64,000 nucleotides of DNA from Candidatus Omnitrophota bacterium (GTDB lineage: Bacteria > Omnitrophota > Gorgyraeia > Zapsychrales > Zapsychraceae). Within the stretch, counting starts at the first letter, position 1. Every line of letters starts with the position of its first letter. The notes under the pieces are model-generated. The model searched no databases. It was not told the DNA's origin and was given only the letters and a program-made list of their open reading frames with translations. The stretch is from positions 3,066 to 67,065 of the forward strand of contig JADFXQ010000005.1 of assembly GCA_015233495.1 (NCBI GenBank). The letters are read 5' to 3'. Both the position numbers and the translations under genes were made by a program. Positions 37,660-49,263 of the stretch are shown here, piece after piece.

Positions 37660-37976
37660 AATTTTTTGATGAACGCGTCAAGGTTTTTGACAACCTTGCC
37701 TTTTCCGGCCGCGGATTCCCGGAGCCCTTGCTGGAGTTTTGAAAAAACTTGCGGATTGTCATATACCCAGGCTTCGCGGGCCGGCACGGAAATCTCCGGA
37801 CGCAAAAGAATGTCCCCGTCTTTATTTTGATAAACCTGAAAGGATTTGATTGGCCGAGCGGTCTTTTCAAACCATACCGCTCCCAAAGTGATGCGCTTTT
37901 TCGAGTCCAACGACCGGCTTTCGAGCGCGACAAATTGATCGTTAATATGAAGTGTGCCGGAAGCGTGTTGTGCCAT
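37656..37976 (-). CDS. Putative antitoxin (AbrB/MraZ-like N-terminus)
   Basis: LDSKKRITLG, GDILLRP, PAREAWVYDNP...GLRESAAGK. Confidence 0.6.
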   Translation of the reverse strand: MAQHASGTLHINDQFVALESRSLDSKKRITLGAVWFEKTARPIKSFQVYQNKDGDILLRPEISVPAREAWVYDNPQVFSKLQQGLRESAAGKGKVVKNLDAFIKKL

Positions 37977-38027
37977 AGAGACCTCTCTCATTTTAAATTG
38001 GGCGGCTATCCTCTGATGCCTGATTTA

Positions 38028-38069
38028 ATGATACCAAACGTGGGATGATTGTCAAGTGGGAATTCCCAC
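38028..38069 (-). promoter_or_regulatory. Sigma-70 promoter with palindromic operator for the TA pair
   Basis: TTGACA-16-TATCAT on the minus strand; GTGGGAATTCCCAC palindrome abutting the -35 and a further half-site in the spacer. Confidence 0.7.
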
Positions 38070-38075
38070 AAATTT

Positions 38076-40107
38076 TTATCTTCGCAACCCGATGAGCGGC
38101 AAAGCGGCGGGAAATGAAATGATCCGTAAAATGGTTCCATCCAATCCGCGATAATTCCCAGAACGCAATTGCGCGCCAATCGCCGGATCGAATTTAAAAT
38201 TAATGGCTTGGCCTGTTGACTCGACGTCCAGGCCCATCTTGTTTCCGTCGAGTTTAATGCCGCCCGGAGTAGTTTTTACGGGCGAAGAATTTTGATTTGT
38301 GTCAATGCCGATGGCGTAAGTGATGCCATTAAAAGTCACGGAAAAATATTGTATGTCAGGGTTACCCAGACGCGCCATATTGTCTGTTTGAGTTATATTG
38401 GTTTCAATGCCTGTGGGCGTTATAACCATCACGGCATCAGGGCTGATTCCTTCTTTGAGACCATTATTATCTACAATGTTGGTCGCTTGTAACTGGCCAT
38501 ACAGCCAACCAGCAGTCAAAGGGATCGGTTTATTCGGTCTTTTGTGGGTGATAATGTCAACCATGTCGCTGATTTGTTTTAGCTTAGCTATGGAAATAAT
38601 TTCTTGCTGATCACTGCCGGCTTTGAAGGTGTGGACAAGCGCTTTGGCTTCAGACATTGTCGGCATTTCATCAACTTTTTTAGTGTAACGAAAATGGAAA
38701 CGCCCTTCCGCTAAAATTTCCCCAAGAACCCGCGCTTGGGCTTGCGGGGACAAGGAGCTTTTAAGTTGAGAGACCTTGCTTTCCCACCAAGTCCCCTGCA
38801 AACTGTTTAATGTATAAGTTTTATCCTCCGGCAGAGCATCCGAAACAATCCGAATTTCAATTTGACTGTTGTTTTGCGTGTAGAGAATATCGACATCCGG
38901 CCACATAGCATCATCAAGAGCTTTGATACCAACGCCTCTTACCCGGGCAATCTGTGGTTCATATTCTTTCGTATCGAGTTCGCACTCTTGAAGCAAATCC
39001 GAATAAAGTCTGAGTGGTTTCTTCCGTGATCGGGTCGGTGTCTTCTTTGATATAATTGAACACGCCCTGTTGGAAGGTCTGCACATACTTTTGATAAATC
39101 TTATCTTTTTCCTTCGGGTCAGCCGTGGCAACGCCGCCGGTTTTGCCTTTATTGCTGTAGACTTGATTGATCAGCGCGTTTTTTAGAGACTTTTTGTACC
39201 AGGCGGCCAGAATCATGGCGTGGAACATTTGGCGTAATTGCGCGAAGTTTTTGCCTTGGTTCACTTCCTTTTCGATTTCGGGAATGATTATTTCCTTAAC
39301 AGCCGCAGCCGCCATGCTTTGAGCGGAGCGAAATGGCGGCGGAGCGCCGGACCCAGTCAGTTCGGCCTGCGCTGCGAGCGCGTGGGCTGATTCATCCCGA
39401 TGACGGGCGTACCTCGTGTGCGCCCGCCGAGATATGCCAGAACTCTTTTCCAATGCCGTATAATCTTCTTCCATCATAACTTTCAACCGCCAACCTGTCA
39501 CAAATGCTGAATTATGAATTTGCATAACTTTTGCGCGGTCGGCGACGATCCAGACTTTATTAAAAGTGTCTATCGGGATATCAACGTTCCCGTATTGTTT
39601 TTGCACTTTGGCGTACACCTTGTCCCAAAATTTTTTCCCCAGTTCGTTTTCCGGATACATCAAGGAGGCAGTCAATTGTTTGAGGATATAATCCTGGGCA
39701 AGCATATCCCGGCCCATCTCCGTTTGACCCAGATCCGTCGGGATCATGCGGTCTTTTTCATAGGGAGATAAATTGACCCAAAGGTCGTCTTCCTTGATTG
39801 TCAGGGTGGCTAAAAAATATTTGATGAGTTTTTGCGATTCGGCTTTGAACGCGGGGCTGTTGATTTTGTATCCGGACATTCCCGAATCAATGATAAAATC
39901 AAACAAGAGCGGGTTTTCGGGGTGAACGATCAGCCCTTTCATCATGACCGGCACAAAGGCGGATGTCGAAGTGATCAGCTCACCCGGAGCAGGTAAAAAT
40001 GAGGTTTGGGCCAGAACGTTTTGGACCGGTCCTTCGCTATAGACGCAAAGCATGACCAGAACCATTGCAACACATTGATAGAATACGTTTTTTTTAAATC
40101 GCAGCAT
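38076..40107 (-). pseudogene. Secreted 'bookend' protein of a family recalled from Omnitrophota; frameshifted near 39015
   Basis: Signal peptide plus N-domain (HPENPLLFDFIID, IKYFLATLT..EDDLWVNLSPYE, GRDMLAQDYILKQLTASLMYPE, LRQMFHAMILA.WYK) in ORF 38959-40173; C-terminal GGIKL...FKFDP...GLDG.I..I in ORF 38076-39131, a different frame. Confidence 0.7.
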
Positions 40108-40323
40108 AAAAACCCCAGTAAACAAATAATTATTTTTACTCTTTTCAATAATTTTATAAAGTAAAGATAACATATAACTCCGGCTTTGGCAAACTGGGCA
40201 ACTGGGGGCCGGTAATTTTGACAGGATTCAAATTGTTCAAATTGTTGCCGATTTATTCCTTGCAATCAGACGAGAACTGGATATGATAAAAGAAATGTGC
40301 TTTTAATCAAAATAGGAGATTTC

Positions 40324-42165
40324 ATGCCGCAAGGCCATACTTTTCATATCCCTGTTATGGGGACTGGTTTTACGATTGACACGCCGGTAAAGGTGGCGAA
40401 ATACGGGATTCACTCCGTCATTTCGTTGGTGGATGACACGCTGATTGAGCAGATGCGCCAATATTATTGCGGAGTGATCGGCGAGGCTTATACTCCGATT
40501 ACCAAGCATGATGAAGATTACCGGGCGCGGCGGATCACGGCTTATCTCAATTTGCTGGACCGTATCGTAAAAATGGAGTTTGCGAAAGTCCGGTCTGCGG
40601 CGTTTGAACCGAACAGCGAGATCACCAAATATTTTGAAATGCTTCCCTCCCGGTCGCGGCTGAAGCAGGAATATAAAAAAATGTTGTCCGTGACTGACCC
40701 GGCGGCGAAACGAAAAATGCAGGAAAATCTGCGCGGTCAGATGAAATGCGGACGCATTGACGTCAACATCATGACCAAATTAGACCGAATAAATTTTACT
40801 CCGGATAAAAAAGAACTGCCTCCCGAATTTACCGACGCTTTAGCCGCGTTTCGGGGCTATGCGCAGAGTACGCTGGAATCCGCGATTGTGTTTTCCGCGG
40901 GATTTAACCGCCACCTCTATTCCTATATCGAGAAATTTGAAGATTTTTACGCTAACGCCAGCGGGTTTATAAAAAAGAAGATCATTTTAAAAGTCAGTGA
41001 TTTTCGTTCGTCCATTACCCAGGGAAAATTTTTAGCGAAAAAAGGGTTGTGGGTTTCGGAATACCGCGTCGAATCGGGTCTTAATTGCGGCGGGCATGCC
41101 TTTTCTTCCGCCGGGGTGCTCATGGGTCCGATCTTGGAAGAGTTTAAGAATAAACGCAAAGAATTGGTCGCCTCCTTGCATGAACTCTACAACAAAGCGT
41201 TGGCGCTCAGTAACCGCAAAACTTTTGACCAGCCGCATCCTTTGACGTTTACGGCCCAGGGCGGGGTTGGAACCACCCGGGAACATGAAATGTTGTTGAA
41301 TACTTATGACGTCGACAGTGTTGGCTGGGGCACGCCGTTTTTGCTTGTTCCGGAAGCGGTCAATGTGGATGAAGAGACTTTGCGGCGTTTGGCTGCGGCT
41401 GGCGAGGAAGATTTATTCTTGAGCGGCAGTTCGCCTTTAGGCATCCCGTTTAATAATCTGCGCAACGCTACGTCGGAAGAAGAAAAACGGCGCCGCATCG
41501 CGGCCGGGTGTCCGGGGTCGTCTTGCGTAAAAGGTCATTTGGCGATCAACACAGAATTCGCCGGTATGCCCATTTGCACGGCTTCGCGGGAATATCAACG
41601 GCAAAAAACGAATAACATTGACGCGACTGTCCCGGATGAATCGAAACGCAAAATATTAAAAGATTTGGTCATGGAAAAAGCCTGCATCTGCCATGAATTG
41701 GGCAATGGCGTATTGTTAAAATTAGGGATTGTTAAAGATCCGTCCAAAGCGCCGGTCGCGGTTTGCCCGGGTCCGAATTTGGCGTATTTTTCCAAGATCG
41801 TGACATTGGCGGAAATGATTGATCATATTTACGGACGGATCAATCTGTTGAATGAAAAAATCCGGCCGCATATGTACATGAAAGAATTGCAGATGAACCT
41901 CGACGCGTTTTTTGCGGAAGTAAAACTGAATTGTGTGTTGTCCGACGCGAACCGGGTAAAATATTTGCAGGAATTCCGCGACAATCTTCAGCAAGGCATT
42001 GCCTATTATCAGCATTTTTTTGCCCAATTGGCCCACGATGCCGAATCCGTGCGCGACCAAGCGCTGGAAGAATTGCGCAATTTTGAAGCGCGGTTGGACG
42101 CGTTTATCGCGGAACACGCGGAGCTATTTCCGCCGGTGGCTTCGGTGGCGAATTGCGCTGTATAG
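40324..42165 (+). CDS. Conserved hypothetical protein, probable FMN-binding TIM-barrel oxidoreductase
   Basis: HTFHIPVMG, ESGLNCGGHAF, AQGGVG...GWGTPFL, Cys-rich C-terminal half; RBS AGGAG before ATG 40324. Confidence 0.7.
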   Translation: MPQGHTFHIPVMGTGFTIDTPVKVAKYGIHSVISLVDDTLIEQMRQYYCGVIGEAYTPITKHDEDYRARRITAYLNLLDRIVKMEFAKVRSAAFEPNSEITKYFEMLPSRSRLKQEYKKMLSVTDPAAKRKMQENLRGQMKCGRIDVNIMTKLDRINFTPDKKELPPEFTDALAAFRGYAQSTLESAIVFSAGFNRHLYSYIEKFEDFYANASGFIKKKIILKVSDFRSSITQGKFLAKKGLWVSEYRVESGLNCGGHAFSSAGVLMGPILEEFKNKRKELVASLHELYNKALALSNRKTFDQPHPLTFTAQGGVGTTREHEMLLNTYDVDSVGWGTPFLLVPEAVNVDEETLRRLAAAGEEDLFLSGSSPLGIPFNNLRNATSEEEKRRRIAAGCPGSSCVKGHLAINTEFAGMPICTASREYQRQKTNNIDATVPDESKRKILKDLVMEKACICHELGNGVLLKLGIVKDPSKAPVAVCPGPNLAYFSKIVTLAEMIDHIYGRINLLNEKIRPHMYMKELQMNLDAFFAEVKLNCVLSDANRVKYLQEFRDNLQQGIAYYQHFFAQLAHDAESVRDQALEELRNFEARLDAFIAEHAELFPPVASVANCAV

Positions 42166-42210
42166 AATTTCTCTCTTTACCCATCCCCAAGGGAGCGTTC
42201 CTCCTCATAC

Positions 42211-43882
<1,672 letters not shown>

Positions 43883-43958
43883 GGAGAGATAAGAGATGAT
43901 TTTTTCGCGCTATCCGACTCTCCCGCTGCCTTTAAGGAGTTCAAAGGAATATATTTAA

Positions 43959-44582
43959 ATGGAGAATACAATGAAAAATTTCGTTGTTCCCGCAGAAGTA
44001 TTTTTTGAACAAATCCCGATCGGGCCGATGGCGAATTTCGCTTATTTGATCGGCGACCGGCACTCCGGTGAAGTCGCTCTGGTGGACCCGGGATGGGAAA
44101 TTCCCCGTTTGCTCGATATGATTAAACAGAAAAAATGTTTCTTGACGGCGGTTTTATTAACCCACGGGCATTATGACCATATAGACGGCTTAGCTGAGTT
44201 ATTGGATGATCAGGATGTTCCGGTTTATATTTCGCGGGCAGACGCGGATTTTTTTAAGGTGCAAGCTGGGCATTTGGTCAAGACGGTAGATGGCGATAAC
44301 ATCAAAATCGGCGGGATTGAGTTGGAATGCATCGCTGCGCCGGGACATACGCCGGGATGTCAATTGTACCGTTATAAAAATATTTTATTGACCGGCGATG
44401 TTCTTTTTTTCGACGCGTGCGGACGCTGCGACTTGCCCGGCAGTGATCCGGCGGCTATGGAAACAACTCTGCGCAAAATCAAACAGTTTCCGGATGACAC
44501 CCTGATCTTTTCGGGTCATGGTTATGGTCGCAAGTCCTGGGATACGTTGGCCAATCAGAAAAAGACAAATCCATTTTTGTGA
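43959..44582 (+). CDS. MBL-fold metallo-hydrolase (glyoxalase II-like)
   Basis: THGHYDHIDG, PGHTPG, TGD, GH. Confidence 0.9.
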   Translation: MENTMKNFVVPAEVFFEQIPIGPMANFAYLIGDRHSGEVALVDPGWEIPRLLDMIKQKKCFLTAVLLTHGHYDHIDGLAELLDDQDVPVYISRADADFFKVQAGHLVKTVDGDNIKIGGIELECIAAPGHTPGCQLYRYKNILLTGDVLFFDACGRCDLPGSDPAAMETTLRKIKQFPDDTLIFSGHGYGRKSWDTLANQKKTNPFL

Positions 44583-44588
44583 TCCGAG

Positions 44589-46229
44589 TTAAGGTTTTAG
44601 TTTGTCTTGCGCCAGCGACAAATAGCGGGAAGTTTCCGTCTGCTCGGGGTTTAAAGCATGGGATTGTTTAAGCAGAGCTGCGGCTCGGGGAAAATCGTTT
44701 TGAAAATAATAAGCGATCCCGGCTAAACGATAGGTATCCGCGTATCGCGGATTTTGCTTTAAGGATTGTTCTAAAATGGCAATACCGCGTTGAGTCTCTC
44801 CGGTTTCCAAATAAATGACGCCCAATTCATTGAGGCTATCGACATTCAGCGGATTAATTTGTGCGGCTAAAGTGAGCGCGGCTATGGCTTGGCTGATTTT
44901 TCCTTGTTGATGATAAATATTTCCCAAGCGTTTTTCCCACAAACTCCTTTCATATTTCGTTTCGGCCGCGGCGATTAAGCGCTGCACGGCGTTCGCGTCG
45001 GTCTGAAATCGCAGGGCGATTTGTTGTTTCGAAGCGGTCCCTTCTTGATTTTCCAACGCGGAAACGTGCCGCAGAAGAGTTTCTTCGTTTTGCCAAAAAT
45101 AGCCGCGTACCGCAACGCTTAAACAAAAGGATAAAAGCATGCCGTAAATAAAAACCCGGCGTGCCAGCGAGCTGTTTAGCTGCTGGATGGTCGCGGCGAG
45201 CAGGAGCGCGAATCCCAGAGAGGGCAAATATAAAAAATGTTCCGATAGGACCGGGCCGATATGTTCCGCGATTTTACGCGCCGCGATAAAGGAAAATCCG
45301 CCGCTGGCTAACCAAAGGAGCGCGAAACCTTGCTGACCCCGCAGAAGAAAATTTTTTTGAAAAAGAAAACCCCAAATGATCAGGGCGCTGATCAACCCGG
45401 CTAACCCGAGGGGCGATAAATCGAGATGCGGGTAAATCATCCGGGGCAGCGCATTCCAAAAATAGAAACATCCCGGCGCGATATTGCTTAAAAGAGAATT
45501 AGTTTGGCCGATCATCGGAAAAATCAAACTGCGGGTGAGGCACAATAAAATAGGAAATATGCTGAATAACAGAGATAAGGCGCAGGCTTTTTTAAAATCG
45601 CGGGCGCGGTATAGGGCGATCAAAAACAGGTAAAAAAGATTGATGACCGCGGCCTCGCGCGTCAATAACGCAGCGCCGAACGCGGCCAGGCTCAACAACA
45701 GATCCCGGAGTTTTTGCTTATCGATGTAGAAAATATAAAAAATAAAAGATACCAAACTCAGACCGGTTTGCAGTAAGTCGCAGCGGCCGGTGATATACCG
45801 CACCGACCATTCTTGGCCGGGTAAAACGCAGAATAACAATGCGGTTAACCCCGCCAGGGGAAGATCTTGAAATAAAAGATATAAAAATACCAGCGCCAGC
45901 AGACAATTTAGGATATGAAAAATAATATTGCTGCGATAAAATCCTATCGGATTCAAGCCTCCCAGATGATAATCAACGGCAAAAGATAAAGTGACCAAAG
46001 GCCGGTAATAGTTCAGATGAGATTCATTGGTCAGGGACGCGGATTGAAAAAATCCGGAAGTAAAAATTTTGGGAAACCAAGCGGGGTTTTTTATCCAGCT
46101 GTTTTGTTCGATCACAACATGGTCGTCTAAAACAAAGCCTAAGTTTTTTTGCGGCGCATAAAGAATAACCGTGAGCAAAATCAGCAACGGAAAACAAACA
46201 AACTGGAAACCTTCCGGCGGATGCGCCAT
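44589..46229 (-). CDS. TMTC-like GT-C membrane glycosyltransferase with C-terminal TPRs
   Basis: GFVLDD, YYRPL, GRCDLL, EHFLYLPS, W.NE.TL, then TPR helices. Confidence 0.8.
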   Translation of the reverse strand: MAHPPEGFQFVCFPLLILLTVILYAPQKNLGFVLDDHVVIEQNSWIKNPAWFPKIFTSGFFQSASLTNESHLNYYRPLVTLSFAVDYHLGGLNPIGFYRSNIIFHILNCLLALVFLYLLFQDLPLAGLTALLFCVLPGQEWSVRYITGRCDLLQTGLSLVSFIFYIFYIDKQKLRDLLLSLAAFGAALLTREAAVINLFYLFLIALYRARDFKKACALSLLFSIFPILLCLTRSLIFPMIGQTNSLLSNIAPGCFYFWNALPRMIYPHLDLSPLGLAGLISALIIWGFLFQKNFLLRGQQGFALLWLASGGFSFIAARKIAEHIGPVLSEHFLYLPSLGFALLLAATIQQLNSSLARRVFIYGMLLSFCLSVAVRGYFWQNEETLLRHVSALENQEGTASKQQIALRFQTDANAVQRLIAAAETKYERSLWEKRLGNIYHQQGKISQAIAALTLAAQINPLNVDSLNELGVIYLETGETQRGIAILEQSLKQNPRYADTYRLAGIAYYFQNDFPRAAALLKQSHALNPEQTETSRYLSLAQDKLKP

Positions 46230-47128
46230 CAATTTGAGGAATTTGCCGATTTGTTGAGTTGGGACCACGCGCCGATTCCTTTGGATGAGATTTGATATAC
46301 GATGCTTGAGTAAACTGAAAAGGGAAGAATTTTTCTTAAGAGGATCAATGTTCGGTTCTGCCAGTCGGGAATGTGACGCAATCCGGAGTTGGGATGATTG
46401 ATGATTTTTTCGATGAGTTTGGCGATTTCAACCGGGTCGCGGTGGTTTGGTTTCAGGTGTTTGTGCATAAAAATTTTTAAATCTTGCGAGACCTGATAAT
46501 AAGGGCTGAACGGATTATTGAAATGGGTAGCATAATGGGCATTTTCGTAAAAGATTTTTGTCTTGTAGGACCCGGGTTCTATTAATGCGACGCGGATCCC
46601 GAATGGTTTGAGCTCATAATAGAGGCTTTCGCTGTATCCTTCCAATGCCCATTTGCTGGCGTTATAAGCGCCTAAAGCCGGATAAGCGGTAAGACCGGAG
46701 ATACTGGAAATATTGATAATAGTCGCGGCGCGCCGGGCGCGGAGCAATGGCAGCATGGCTCGGGTGACATTTTGCGCGCCAAAAAAATTTACTTCCATTT
46801 GGTCTCGGATATCTTTTTCGGTCAAATCGACAAAAAATCCCGCGATTGCGAAACCGGCGTTATTGATCAGAACATCGAGTCCACCGTATGCTTGATCAAG
46901 CTGTTGCTGGCAGTCAGCAATCGATTTGTGGTCAGTGACATCTAAGGGCAGAATTTTTAAAGGCTGGCTGACTTTATGTTGTCGCAGTTTAGCGAACAGG
47001 GCGTCTTGTTTATTCAAGTCGCGCATGGTCGCGATAACCTGATGGCCTTGGGAAGTCAAATAGACCGCGGCGCTGAGGCCAAATCCGCTGGAAGTCCCGG
47101 TGATCAAAATTGTTTTGGCGGCTGACAT
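46229..47128 (-). CDS. Short-chain dehydrogenase/reductase
   Basis: TGTSSGFG, NNAG, YNASK, IEPG. Confidence 0.92.
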   Translation of the reverse strand: MSAAKTILITGTSSGFGLSAAVYLTSQGHQVIATMRDLNKQDALFAKLRQHKVSQPLKILPLDVTDHKSIADCQQQLDQAYGGLDVLINNAGFAIAGFFVDLTEKDIRDQMEVNFFGAQNVTRAMLPLLRARRAATIINISSISGLTAYPALGAYNASKWALEGYSESLYYELKPFGIRVALIEPGSYKTKIFYENAHYATHFNNPFSPYYQVSQDLKIFMHKHLKPNHRDPVEIAKLIEKIINHPNSGLRHIPDWQNRTLILLRKILPFSVYSSIVYQISSKGIGAWSQLNKSANSSN

Positions 47129-47156
47129 AAACGATTTGGAAAAATATTCCGCGGCG

Positions 47157-48239
47157 TTAAACGGACGCGGGAGATTCTCGGATAATTTTTTGGATCAGCA
47201 AACGATCGAGGATAGTGACCGCGATCATCGCCTCGACTACGACTACGGCGCGCGGGCAAATGCAAGGGTCGTGGCGGCCGTGGATCTCCACGCTGGTATC
47301 TTTGCCGTCAACCGTGACGGACTGCTGCGGCTGGCTGATGGACGCGGTCGGTTTGAATGCGACGCGCAAAATAATGTCCGCGCCCGTGCTGATGCCGCCA
47401 AGAATGCCGCCGGCGTGATTGGTCATGGTGCGCACTTTGTCCCCATCCATGTAAAATTTATCGTTTTGTTCTAAGCCATGGCGGGCGGCCGCGGCAAAGC
47501 CGTCGCCAAATTCCACGCCGCTGACTCCGCCGATCGACATGACCGCGTGGGCTAAACAGGCGTTGAGTTTGTCAAAAACCGGATCACCCAGCCCTGCCGG
47601 ACAACCATGCGCGACAGCTTGAATAATGCCGCCGAGCGAGTTTTGTTGATTGCGCGCGATTTCGATTTTTTGCGCCATCAACAGCGCCGCTTCCGGGTCA
47701 GGGCAGCGGACGGGATTTTTTTCAATCGTCGCCAGATCAATTTTTTTGGCAGTGATATCGCCGATGGCTAAGGTGTAGGCAATGATATTGATGTTGTGAT
47801 TGCGCAGAATTTTTTTGGCGATTGCGCCGGCAGCGACCCGGCAAGCGGTTTCCCTTCCGGAGGAGCGTCCCCCGCCGCGATAGTCTCGGATGCCGAATTT
47901 TGTTTGATAGCCGAAATCCGCGTGACCGGGACGGAAAATATTTTTTAGCGCTTCGTAATCGCGGGTTTGCTGATCCGTGTTATTGATGAGTATGGCCAGC
48001 GGAGTGCCAGTCGTGCGCCCCGCAAGGACGCCCGATAGAATATGCGCGGTGTCGGCTTCTTGCCGTTGGGTGGTGATAACGCTTTGACCGGGTCGGCGGC
48101 GGTTTAATTCGAATTGAATATCGGATTCGTTTAAAGGTAAATTGGGCGGCACACCGTCGATAACGACACCGATCGCCGGGCCGTGGCTTTCGCCAAAGGT
48201 CGTGATTTTAAAAATTTCACCGAACGAATTTCCCGCCAT
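47157..48239 (-). CDS. aroC: Chorismate synthase
   Basis: TFGESHG, RPGHAD, RSSGRETACRVAAG, GGILGGIS, GRHDPC. Confidence 0.97.
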   Translation of the reverse strand: MAGNSFGEIFKITTFGESHGPAIGVVIDGVPPNLPLNESDIQFELNRRRPGQSVITTQRQEADTAHILSGVLAGRTTGTPLAILINNTDQQTRDYEALKNIFRPGHADFGYQTKFGIRDYRGGGRSSGRETACRVAAGAIAKKILRNHNINIIAYTLAIGDITAKKIDLATIEKNPVRCPDPEAALLMAQKIEIARNQQNSLGGIIQAVAHGCPAGLGDPVFDKLNACLAHAVMSIGGVSGVEFGDGFAAAARHGLEQNDKFYMDGDKVRTMTNHAGGILGGISTGADIILRVAFKPTASISQPQQSVTVDGKDTSVEIHGRHDPCICPRAVVVVEAMIAVTILDRLLIQKIIRESPASV

Positions 48240-48242
48240 GAT

Positions 48243-48857
48243 TTAACCGAGCCAGGGTTGTTGGGTTATTAATTTTTTTTCAAAAGCCTTAATCGCCTCA
48301 GCAAACTGCATTGTCCAGCCGATTTGGTCCAAACCTTTCAGCAAGCAATCCTTGATAAACGGATTTATCTCAAAGCGCAGTGTTTTTCCCGATTGTGCGC
48401 TGATTGTTTGGTTCGACAGATCAGCGGTCAAGAGACTGCCCGGTCGCTCCTGAATTTGGCAAATCAAATCATTGACATCCGTCTGGCTTAATCGTACCAA
48501 AAGAATCCCGGTCTTGGAACAGTTATTGTAAAAAATGTCGGCAAAACTGGGCGCGATAATCACGCGAAACCCATAATCGGCCAGGGCCCAGGGCGCGTGT
48601 TCCCGGCTCGAACCGCAGCCAAAATTTTCCTGGGCCAATAAAATCGTGGCGCCGCGAAAAGCGGGTTGATTTAAAACAAAGTCAGGGTTTTCCTGGGTGC
48701 CCGCGTAATCCGTATAACGGATTTCATGAAAGAGATGTTTGCCGAATCCCGCCCGTTCGGTTTTTTTTAAAAATTGTTTTGGGATGATCAAATCCGTATC
48801 GATATTTTTTCGGTCTAATGGCGCGGCAATGCCGGTATGAGTCGTGATGGGCAGCAT
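48243..48857 (-). CDS. leuD: 3-isopropylmalate dehydratase small subunit
   Basis: NIDTDLIIPKQFL, NFGCGSSREHAPWAL, SFADIF. Confidence 0.96.
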   Translation of the reverse strand: MLPITTHTGIAAPLDRKNIDTDLIIPKQFLKKTERAGFGKHLFHEIRYTDYAGTQENPDFVLNQPAFRGATILLAQENFGCGSSREHAPWALADYGFRVIIAPSFADIFYNNCSKTGILLVRLSQTDVNDLICQIQERPGSLLTADLSNQTISAQSGKTLRFEINPFIKDCLLKGLDQIGWTMQFAEAIKAFEKKLITQQPWLG

Positions 48858-48868
48858 AACGGAGTTCC

Positions 48869-49243
48869 TTATCTTTTATGCGGTATGAGTTTTAATAACT
48901 GGTCTTCAATTTTTTTGTGATAATCGAGCTCGGCGCGCAGTTGCCGGGCGATGATCCGTTCAACATCGGCTTGCGTTTTAGCTTGATTGGTTAATTCTTC
49001 TTGGAGTTTTATATTTTTATCTGTTTCTTTTTTCAATTCTAACCAACGCCGAAAAGAAAATACCCCCAGCCCTATGGTTAAAGTTAAGAAACCCGTGATG
49101 ATCTCATCAATGAATCCGATGGAATTGGGGTGTTTTTTAAAAAAATCGACCAAAATGATGAAAGTATTATAATAATAAGAACAGATCAGCACGGTGATAA
49201 AAACCGCGCCGATAACCAGCAAATCTTTTTTAGCGTTTGTCAT
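48869..49243 (-). CDS. Hypothetical two-TM protein with coiled-coil tail
   Basis: Two hydrophobic helices, FSFRRWLEL then heptads; lies between leuC and leuD. Confidence 0.7.
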   Translation of the reverse strand: MTNAKKDLLVIGAVFITVLICSYYYNTFIILVDFFKKHPNSIGFIDEIITGFLTLTIGLGVFSFRRWLELKKETDKNIKLQEELTNQAKTQADVERIIARQLRAELDYHKKIEDQLLKLIPHKR

Positions 49244-49263
49244 GGTTATTGCACCGATAGGAA

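Noticed and set aside
38990-39030. Programmed ribosomal frameshift
   Set aside because: No slippery heptamer or downstream structure is evident; loss of the expected motif favours deletion or misassembly.
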